This document shows positions 1-6,513 of a stretch of DNA of 23,143 nt, in pieces. Origin of the DNA: a virus. Positions within the stretch are counted from its first letter, which is position 1, and every line of letters starts with the position of its first letter. The notes below the pieces were generated by a model that did no database searches, was not told the origin of the DNA, and worked only from the letters and a program-made list of their open reading frames with translations. Location: positions 1 to 23,143 of the IMG/VR virus record IMGVR_UViG_3300025174_000536. One strand, 5' to 3'. A program made the translations under genes and the position numbers.

Positions 1-318
1 CATCCGAAGCAGTGTCTCATCCCGCATCTGGAAGGCTACCTTGTAGCGTTTCATCACTACGGAACGGGCCGCTTTCAATCCTTCGGGGCTCCAGATGGAG
101 GCCATGAACTCGATGTCGAAGTGCTGGCACCAGTCATTGAGTTCCGGCGCCCAGTCGTCGATGTAGCGCATTGCGCCCCACCGATCATTTCCGACTTTGG
201 GATGTCCCAGTTGGAACTTGGCGATATCAGCTCCCGCTAAGGATGCCTGCCGGATGAGTTCGAAAGCTAAGGATTTCGAACCCATGTGACAGGAGCCAAT
301 CTCAGCCACGAACAACAT
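1..318 (-). CDS. neuB: NeuB-family nonulosonic acid (N-acetylneuraminate-type) synthase, 5' part (runs off the window)
   Basis: Not in the ORF track; translated by hand from ATG at 318: MLFVAEIGSCHMGSKSLAFELIRQASLAGADIAKFQLGHP...WCQHFDIEFMASIWSPEGLKAARSVVMKRYKVAFQM. Matches the NeuB N-terminal pattern (AEIGxxHxG...A..AGAD..KFQ...GI/IEF.S...KxAS-like). Overlaps the neuA-like stop by 17 nt. Confidence 0.85.
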   Translation of the reverse strand, partial: MLFVAEIGSCHMGSKSLAFELIRQASLAGADIAKFQLGHPKVGNDRWGAMRYIDDWAPELNDWCQHFDIEFMASIWSPEGLKAARSVVMKRYKVAFQMRDETLLRM

Positions 319-1009
319 CGCGTTGCCTCAACAAGAGATCCACGAGCATCAAGTCTAAGCTGCTATCTACGTTCACGCCCTTTTCGGGAGGCATGAACCA
401 CGGACGTATCTCCTCGCTTCTTCCAATCAACACCCCCTCCAGAAGAGCGTTTCTGCGGACTACATATAGACTTCCGTTCCGTATGTAAACCTTTGGCCGG
501 AGGTCCTGTCTCTGCCCTCCTTCTGGTTCGGGCCAGACATCCACGAGATGGTCGGCAACGACCATTTTGATCCTCGCAGGATGGTGATCGTCCAGTTGGG
601 AAACCCCGCACACAACGTCGGCTCCTGTATGAACGAGTTTATCAATGGCCCCGTCAATGTCATCCACGGTCTTGAGGGGATTGGTTGCTCGGAGGTCGGC
701 GATGATGTCGTACTCACTGTGTTCTTCCTCCTCTGCCCAGCGCAGTGCGTGAAGCAGTCCATCTATCGTCGGAGATTTATCTCCTGCGAGATAATAAGGT
801 CGCTTGAGAGGTTCGGCGCCGTATTCCTTAGCTACCTGAAGTATCTCTTCGCTGTCGCTCGAAACCAGATAGCGGCTGATATAGCTGGACTTGAGTGCTT
901 CCTCGATAGTCCATGCAATGAGAGGTTTCCCCGCAACCATCGCGATGTTCTTGTGAGGGATGCCTTTTGAACCGCCTCTGGCCAAAGTTACACCCAGCGT
1001 CTTGGTCAA
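302..1009 (-). CDS. neuA: Acylneuraminate cytidylyltransferase (CMP-nonulosonic acid synthetase, NeuA family)
   Basis: ARGGSKGIPHKNI motif, GKPLIAWTIE, VSSDSEEI, TNPL, NGSLY, DSSLD. Start set at TTG 1009 (TTGA overlap with the upstream stop, GAGGAAG SD); the ORF-track start at 1090 lies inside the methyltransferase gene. Confidence 0.92.
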   Translation of the reverse strand: MTKTLGVTLARGGSKGIPHKNIAMVAGKPLIAWTIEEALKSSYISRYLVSSDSEEILQVAKEYGAEPLKRPYYLAGDKSPTIDGLLHALRWAEEEEHSEYDIIADLRATNPLKTVDDIDGAIDKLVHTGADVVCGVSQLDDHHPARIKMVVADHLVDVWPEPEGGQRQDLRPKVYIRNGSLYVVRRNALLEGVLIGRSEEIRPWFMPPEKGVNVDSSLDLMLVDLLLRQRDVVRG

Positions 1010-1587
1010 TTCTTCCTCGCAATCGCCACTAGGGGAGTTAGAGTACTTGTGTCGTCTTGGGGAACTTTCAGGGACCAGTCGTACAGCCACACTTGTTGGA
1101 AGACTTCTAAAAGTGCTTTGCGGAACTCACTTGCTTTCCACTCTCTCTCATGCAGTTCCTTCCAGCGTCTCAGATCAGCGTTGGCGTTCCTCGCTGTGAT
1201 GATGAGGTCTCCTCCGAGGTCAAGGTGGTCCCACACATTCTGGAGGGCGCGTCTCCAGTCATGGATGTGTTCGAGAGTTTCCACCATGACTGCGGCGGTG
1301 TACTTTCTATCAGAGTTGAACTTCGTGATATCCCCGGTCATCCAAGTCACGTTGGATAGTGGGAACATCGTCTTAGCGAAGGTCACTGCTCCTGGGTCAA
1401 CGTCTATGGCATGAACGAAACTGACGTTATGGGCATACAGGAGGACTCCTGCTCCGGTCCCGAATCCCACTTCTAGGACGTTCGGCTTTCCGCTCAATTT
1501 CTCTGCGATAGAGAGATAGAGGTCAAACTGCGGCGTCAAGAGGTACCGTAAGCGTCGCCACATAACCTCGTGGGCGGATTCGTTCAC
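1006..1587 (-). CDS. Class I SAM-dependent methyltransferase
   Basis: VLEVGFGTG motif I, AIDVD, GDIT, ETLEHI, LDLGGDLII; GTG start overlapping the upstream stop. Confidence 0.9.
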   Translation of the reverse strand: MNESAHEVMWRRLRYLLTPQFDLYLSIAEKLSGKPNVLEVGFGTGAGVLLYAHNVSFVHAIDVDPGAVTFAKTMFPLSNVTWMTGDITKFNSDRKYTAAVMVETLEHIHDWRRALQNVWDHLDLGGDLIITARNANADLRRWKELHEREWKASEFRKALLEVFQQVWLYDWSLKVPQDDTSTLTPLVAIARKN

Positions 1588-2198
1588 TTAACCTCTCCCA
1601 ACTCCCTCGCTGCGTTCTCTTGGAAGGACATATCCCCGAGCGTAGAAGAGTCAATTCTTGTCCATCCTGGTCTTGGTTCATAGGAGTGCATTCCTCCCCA
1701 AGGGGATAGCCACCACTCGAACTGAGCGGTATGAAGATTCCTCACACGGTCCATCTTGGCCCCGTCGAACCTGGCGCCTAACAACTCTGCCTGATGGAAA
1801 TCGGACTTTCTGAGGTCGCTCCCAATGAAGAGAGTATTCTTGGCGGTGATCCTTCTAAAAAGACACGCCTGGGCGACCGTTCTCAGAAAGATGGTTGCTT
1901 TCATGTAGGCCCCGGTGAAATCAGATCCGGTCATCTCGCAATCGGTGAAGTCAGCTTTATGGAGATCCGCACGGGAGAAGTCGCATCGAATGAACGTGCA
2001 GCCTCGGAAGTTCCCATTGGATAGGTTAGCTCCGCGGAGGTTGCTATTGGTAAAGTTTGCTCCTCGCAGATCGTGTCCTGAGAGGTCGGCTCCCTCCAAA
2101 TTCACTCCAACCAAGGAGCACTTGTAAGCTATCGAGGCGTTCAAGCCGTGGTCCAGATCCTTGAGAACCTTTAGCTTTCTAGGATGTACGAGACTCAT
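1584..2198 (-). CDS. Pentapeptide repeat protein 1 with ~45-aa C-terminal non-repeat domain
   Basis: Tandem A(D/N)LXX-type pentamers (NLEGA DLSGH DLRGA NFTNS NLRGA NLSNG...) over ~125 residues. Confidence 0.93.
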   Translation of the reverse strand: MSLVHPRKLKVLKDLDHGLNASIAYKCSLVGVNLEGADLSGHDLRGANFTNSNLRGANLSNGNFRGCTFIRCDFSRADLHKADFTDCEMTGSDFTGAYMKATIFLRTVAQACLFRRITAKNTLFIGSDLRKSDFHQAELLGARFDGAKMDRVRNLHTAQFEWWLSPWGGMHSYEPRPGWTRIDSSTLGDMSFQENAARELGEVK

Positions 2199-2335
2199 AG
2201 CGTCCAGTCCTCGTCATCGCTTACGAGTTGATGTACCCCATTCCCGGAAGCGATCAGGTACCAGATGGCATACCCGAGCATCCAGACAGGCCCTCCTAAG
2301 ACAAGCCCTAGAACAAAGGCCAGGAAGAGATTCAC
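2195..2335 (-). CDS. Small membrane protein (46 aa)
   Basis: Hand-translated: VNLFLAFVLGLVLGGPVWMLGYAIWYLIASGNGVHQLVSDDEDWTL; GTGA overlap upstream and ATGA overlap downstream; hydrophobic N-terminus, acidic tail. Confidence 0.7.
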   Translation of the reverse strand: MNLFLAFVLGLVLGGPVWMLGYAIWYLIASGNGVHQLVSDDEDWTL

Positions 2336-2427
2336 GGTCTCGTGTACCTAACCATGATGAGGTCAGCTACTACCACTAGCAGACCCAGCACCGCTATTGT
2401 CGCTAAAAGCCTCAGTATCTCGCTCAT
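2332..2427 (-). CDS. Small membrane peptide (31 aa)
   Basis: Hand-translated: MSEILRLLATIAVLGLLVVVADLIMVRYTRP; GAGGAAG SD directly upstream; single TM-like segment; overlaps the 148-aa gene by 65 nt. Confidence 0.6.
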   Translation of the reverse strand: MSEILRLLATIAVLGLLVVVADLIMVRYTRP

Positions 2428-2809
2428 CTTCCTCAAAAGGAGACTGTCCATCCATGATATCCACTGCTTGCTGGGCGTCCTTCTTCCCTCGCTCCTGGCG
2501 AGCTTCTTTCACTTCCTCGGGAGTGTAATCGGTTAGTTTTCCGTCCTCTTGAACGACATTCCCCTCGAGTGCCCTCTTGATGTCCATGTCGTTCCCGAAA
2601 GTTGGGACCTTGAACACCTTGACCTCTCCGGTTTGGGTGAGGTGTCCGTACTGGCCCGTCGCTTTCCAGGCGTCGTGCCAGCCCCACATCTCCTTCAATG
2701 CACCACGGACTTCCGTCAGTTCCCGTTGCTTGTCCTGTATCTGCTTCTTGAGTTGCATCTTCCTGAAATTGAGTTCATCAATACGGTTTTCAATACTGTC
2801 AAGATTCAT
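2363..2809 (-). CDS. Coiled-coil hypothetical protein, paralogue of the glycosyltransferase C-terminal domain
   Basis: N-terminal heptad pattern; GAGGAA SD; ATGA overlap with upstream gene; by-eye similarity to residues 255-373 of the 3362..4483 protein. Confidence 0.8.
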   Translation of the reverse strand: MNLDSIENRIDELNFRKMQLKKQIQDKQRELTEVRGALKEMWGWHDAWKATGQYGHLTQTGEVKVFKVPTFGNDMDIKRALEGNVVQEDGKLTDYTPEEVKEARQERGKKDAQQAVDIMDGQSPFEEDERDTEAFSDNSGAGSASGSS

Positions 2810-3393
2810 TTCCTCAGTGGGATCCTTCCTGCGTTCTCTGGAAACGAATACCCTCCCATGACGCTTCGCTCAAGACGGTAATAGCCCTCTCGGGGTTCGT
2901 AAATCACTCTTCCTCCTCCGATGGGGACGTACCACCAGAAGACCGCGTGATCGGCGTTTGAGATACCCTCCAAGTTAGCTCCGTTGAATCTCGAACCGAT
3001 GAAGTCGCACTGGAAGACATTGGCGCTTCTCAGGTCGGCGTCGAAGAATAGGGCGTTCTTCACTGTTGCTCGTCGCATGGTGACGTTCCACAATCGCGCT
3101 CGGGTGAAATCCGTCGCTCGGAGATAGGACATGCTCATATCCGCACCGGTGAAGTCTGCGTCTGTGCAGTCCGCTCTCAAAAGACAGGCCCTCGACAGAT
3201 CGGTCCGGATGAATTTCGCCCCTCTCAGAGAGGCCTCTGTCAAATCTGCGCCTCTGAGATTGGCGTTGCTCAAGTTGGCGCCGTCCAGACATTTCCCCCT
3301 CAGGTCTACTCTCTCCAGGTCTGCTCCAACCAGTGCGCAATTGAATATCAGCTCCCTGTAGTTACTTGGCCTTGTTAAAGATGTCGATATCAT
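2806..3393 (-). CDS. Pentapeptide repeat protein 2 with C-terminal domain shared with protein 1
   Basis: Tandem pentamers (DLERV DLRGK CLDGA NLSNA NLRGA DLTEA SLRGA...). Start codon less certain (weak SD). Confidence 0.92.
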   Translation of the reverse strand: MISTSLTRPSNYRELIFNCALVGADLERVDLRGKCLDGANLSNANLRGADLTEASLRGAKFIRTDLSRACLLRADCTDADFTGADMSMSYLRATDFTRARLWNVTMRRATVKNALFFDADLRSANVFQCDFIGSRFNGANLEGISNADHAVFWWYVPIGGGRVIYEPREGYYRLERSVMGGYSFPENAGRIPLRK

Positions 3394-4483
3394 CGACGAA
3401 CCCAGCAGCTTCTTTCCTCAGAATGCCCGACCTTGCTTCTCTGGCATCTGCCTCCGTCACATCAGCAAGGTTCATTCGATGCTCAATCATCTGCACCTTC
3501 TCTTCCTCTGTGGCGATGGGAAATTGCTCCTCCTGTCCTCCGGATTGAGGGGATTGCATCTGTTCCAGAAGCCACTTCTCATCGGCGATGACTGCGCTAA
3601 CTGCGATCAACTGCCGGTTGAGGAAGTCGGCGTTCTGCTCGGCCTGATTCTTCTGAGTCTTCAAATCAGCCTGTCTCTCCTCGAGCATCTTAATTCTCAA
3701 TTCAAGAGCTTTTGCGTCCACATCATTTCCTTTCCTGGCGAATTCGAAGAGGTGCCCTGCAAGTGCTCCCAATCTATCACCGGTGGATTTGTGGGTCTTG
3801 AGTCTCTCTGCGATGTCATGATTGAGCCATACCACAAGCGCGTGCCGGCTCTCGATAGAAGCATCGAGCCACAGTCTGTATCCAAGGATTCTAGCGAGAG
3901 TGAAGAAACGGAAATCACTCCCGAGAGAGCGACCATCACCAGTCGCTTCTGGGAGAGGACCAATCCCGAAAGGATTGTCGCCGGGTGGGAGCCGTTTGAG
4001 GACGGCTTCCACCACCCGGCGTTGTATGAGGACGCAGCCCATCCCGGAGATGGCGATCTCGTGCAGCCCACTTCGCGGAACCTCCAGCATCGGGGGGAAC
4101 GGCCATTTGCCGTCTCCAACAACCGAACAAACGCTGTGTATGTTCCTGGCGTTGCGGGCGTAGTAATGCCCGGTCACCATGTCTACGTCATGCGAACGCA
4201 GACGCTCCAGGATATCTGGGGGATGGAGCATGTCGAGGTCAAAGAGGGCAACTGCGTCGAGTTTCCCTTCCAGGAACTCTTCGCACGCCAAGGACCGCGC
4301 GACATCTCCTCTACCAGAGGCGCGTTCCTGTTTGTAATCGCCTGGCCGTATCTGGATCTCGTAGAACGTCCGTAACGACTTGACGTACTGCGTTTCTCCA
4401 GAGATGCCCGCGATATAGATCTTTGTGGCCTTCGGCCTAATGCGAGGCGCTGCCGAGGGTGGCTCGGGTGAAGCGGTGGCCAT
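3362..4483 (-). CDS. GT-A fold (GT2-like) glycosyltransferase with C-terminal coiled-coil domain
   Basis: VARSLACEEFL, DxD motif in LFDLDM, DMVTGHYYAR, GMGCVLIQRRV, GSDFRFF..AR.LGY.LWLD...H, a pattern typical of GT2-like enzymes; last ~120 aa charged and helical. Confidence 0.82.
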   Translation of the reverse strand: MATASPEPPSAAPRIRPKATKIYIAGISGETQYVKSLRTFYEIQIRPGDYKQERASGRGDVARSLACEEFLEGKLDAVALFDLDMLHPPDILERLRSHDVDMVTGHYYARNARNIHSVCSVVGDGKWPFPPMLEVPRSGLHEIAISGMGCVLIQRRVVEAVLKRLPPGDNPFGIGPLPEATGDGRSLGSDFRFFTLARILGYRLWLDASIESRHALVVWLNHDIAERLKTHKSTGDRLGALAGHLFEFARKGNDVDAKALELRIKMLEERQADLKTQKNQAEQNADFLNRQLIAVSAVIADEKWLLEQMQSPQSGGQEEQFPIATEEEKVQMIEHRMNLADVTEADAREARSGILRKEAAGFVDDIDIFNKAK

Positions 4484-4880
4484 ACCGCGCCGTCCCAGCT
4501 GCTGTCGAGATACAGAGAGCGAACCGGTATACGTCGGCGGTGGCTAACGCCAACCAGATGTCACCCTTGGTCAGGCCGGCGCTCGCCGGTGCAGTCGAAA
4601 GGATCGGAAGGCGTAGCCGCGCAAATGCGGTCTGACCGACGGTTCCCTTGCCGAGGATCACCCCAGATGCTCCTATCGCTCCGGGATAGGTCAAACTTCC
4701 GAGCGAACTGAAATAGGAAAGCTCTGCGTTCGCACTGTCCCGGAAGACGATGTAATCCCCGCTCATGCTGGCCGGCCCGTCGATGGTCAGGATATCCGTT
4801 GCGGCAGTCACGCCCTCCATGTTCGAATGCCCATAGAGCGGCACTGCCAAGCCTTTGTAGGTATCTGTTCCTGCTGGCAT
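4437..4880 (-). CDS. Putative virion (capsid decoration/fibre-like) protein
   Basis: Directly downstream of the major capsid gene; Ala/Gly/Thr/Ser-rich, beta-type composition; AAGGAG SD. Function is positional inference. Confidence 0.55.
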   Translation of the reverse strand: MPAGTDTYKGLAVPLYGHSNMEGVTAATDILTIDGPASMSGDYIVFRDSANAELSYFSSLGSLTYPGAIGASGVILGKGTVGQTAFARLRLPILSTAPASAGLTKGDIWLALATADVYRFALCISTAAGTARYGHRFTRATLGSASH

Positions 4881-4881
4881 G

Positions 4882-5001
4882 GTAAGGTACTCCTTACTAG
4901 GGCTTCGCCCACTAGGGCTTTAGATTAGGACGGCGGTCGCCCATTTCGATGCAGTAAGTAGCGATGTGATCCAGGTGGCTTTCGCCAGCCTACCGCGTCC
5001 T
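4882..5001 (-). promoter_or_regulatory. Structured intergenic RNA between major capsid gene and next gene
   Basis: Sense strand: AGGACGCGGT(5001-4992)/ACCGCCGTCCT(4937-4927) long-range stem; AGGCTGGC-GAAA-GCCACCT hairpin; 10-bp direct repeat ACTAGGGCTT (4896-4905, 4911-4920); GTAAGG-AGTA-CCTTAC hairpin covering the SD. Confidence 0.55.
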
Positions 5002-5008
5002 TTGTTTC

Positions 5009-6259
5009 TTAGGTCCATGCTTCCTGTGCGACGCTCACTTCCTCCCGCAGCAAGCGGTTCTCGGCGATCCGTCCATATCCGCCCCAGAATTTGAACCCGA
5101 GGGTCCAGAACTGGTCCAGGATGCCGTCACGCTTCGGGCCGACGATCTCCCCAAACTCACCCACCTCGGGTGCGTACAGTTTCAGCAGAGAGCCGGGGCC
5201 ACCGAACACGACCAGATGGACGCTATCTGCGTTCCGTACCGAGTTGGTCGCAGGGTGTGCGAACCGCAAGCCACCGTTCGGGCCTTGCCCGACGATGGTA
5301 GCTGTTGAACCAGTAAAACCGGTGATGCGCACGCGCTCGTTCTGAGGGTAGTGCGTATTGGCGGTTTCCTCGGTTCCGATGTTGAGCCACTGTCCCGCGG
5401 CTTCGGTCTGGTCCATGTGGGTATTCGCGGCTACTCTAAGTGAGGTCGCTAGCGGGTTCACCGCGGTGTTCAATGTAGTCGCCGTGATATCCACTGCGTC
5501 CAGCCCCGCGCCGTAGAGGATCTTCGCCCAACTGGAGACCAGGAGGCGGAACGGTCCCAATTCGCCGAGTTCCCAGTTGAGGTGGATACCAGCCTGCTGG
5601 TACTGTCCCACAGCTTGAACAGAACCATCCTGTCGGAGGTCAGCGAAGGCGAATGGGTCGATCATGGCAGACCATCGCCGTGCCTGTTGTCCACCGTCAG
5701 ACATCCCCTCAAACATCGGAGCCTTCAAGTCCCCCAACTGGTTGGCTGCGTTGGCGAACTTGGTCTCGGTGAGACGGTGAGAGGTGGTTCCCGCATCCAG
5801 GGATGCGCGCGCGGCGGTGCGGTTCACCAAAGTTCCTTGGGTAGCCGCGTCTCGCGCAAGCACATCGATGGTCTCGGCCGCGCCTTCTGCGACCGTCTTG
5901 ACCAGCTTCTCCATGTAGTCGTTCAGGAAGTTACGGATCTGGATCTGCTGGGAGGTCTGGATCGCCTCACCACGGCTGGTGGGCGTGATGGTCGCCACAG
6001 CATCCCGAAGTGCTTGCGGGGTGATGTCGGCGGTTTCAGAGATGGCGCTTGTACCAATTGCCATTTTGGAGATGAAGTTGGCCTGGACCGCTGACCCCCG
6101 GATGAGTTCGGCCATATCGCGGCCCATCGGGATCGCCAGCTGGTCGTAGTAGCGGGAGAAGTAGACCTCTTCCGCGTACTGGTCCAGGTATTGAGTGCGG
6201 GTGGAGTTGGAGAGTGCGACTGCACCAGCTCCACCCGCAGCACTGGTCTGGATAGGCAT
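5009..6259 (-). CDS. Major capsid protein (HK97 fold, N4-gp56-like)
   Basis: Follows the scaffold-like gene; motifs such as SAISETADIT, AMIDPFAFADL, GELGPFRLL and C-terminal DGILDQFWTLGFKFWGGYGRIAENRLLREE resemble N4-gp56-family capsid proteins. Confidence 0.85.
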   Translation of the reverse strand: MPIQTSAAGGAGAVALSNSTRTQYLDQYAEEVYFSRYYDQLAIPMGRDMAELIRGSAVQANFISKMAIGTSAISETADITPQALRDAVATITPTSRGEAIQTSQQIQIRNFLNDYMEKLVKTVAEGAAETIDVLARDAATQGTLVNRTAARASLDAGTTSHRLTETKFANAANQLGDLKAPMFEGMSDGGQQARRWSAMIDPFAFADLRQDGSVQAVGQYQQAGIHLNWELGELGPFRLLVSSWAKILYGAGLDAVDITATTLNTAVNPLATSLRVAANTHMDQTEAAGQWLNIGTEETANTHYPQNERVRITGFTGSTATIVGQGPNGGLRFAHPATNSVRNADSVHLVVFGGPGSLLKLYAPEVGEFGEIVGPKRDGILDQFWTLGFKFWGGYGRIAENRLLREEVSVAQEAWT

Positions 6260-6271
6260 TGGGGTTCTCCC

Positions 6272-6490
6272 TTATCTAACGATCAGGGTCTCCCGCAGCA
6301 TGGATGCGCGATGGCTATCGTACAGGTCGTGCTTTCGCAGGACACGCTCCGCGGCAATCATTTCCAACTTCGCCAGAGCCATGTCTATGTCACCGGGCTT
6401 GAAAGTGTGCGCAGACCACTCCCTCACAACCGAGTTCACTTCCTCGTCCGTGAGGTCATAGTTCGAGAGCGACACCTCAGCCCGTTTCAT
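6272..6490 (-). CDS. Small hypothetical protein (72 aa; possibly 81 aa from ATA at 6517)
   Basis: Fills the gap between scaffold and capsid genes in the operon direction; charged helical sequence. Confidence 0.7.
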   Translation of the reverse strand: MKRAEVSLSNYDLTDEEVNSVVREWSAHTFKPGDIDMALAKLEMIAAERVLRKHDLYDSHRASMLRETLIVR

Positions 6491-6513
6491 CAGCCAGTCG
6501 TTCAGGCGGGGGT

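Noticed and set aside
1010-1090. ORF-track N-terminal extension of the cytidylyltransferase
   Set aside because: Lies inside the methyltransferase gene; TTG at 1009 has an SD and a TTGA overlap and sits just before the conserved motif.
3479-4375. 298-aa plus-strand ORF
   Set aside because: Antisense shadow of the glycosyltransferase; no motifs or SD. The same applies to the other plus-strand ORFs between 548 and 17744.
4900-4910. GGGCGAAGCCC mini-hairpin resembling N4 virion-RNA-polymerase promoter hairpins
   Set aside because: Single short occurrence; no virion RNA polymerase motifs recognised in the 1911-aa protein; better explained as part of the intergenic RNA structure.
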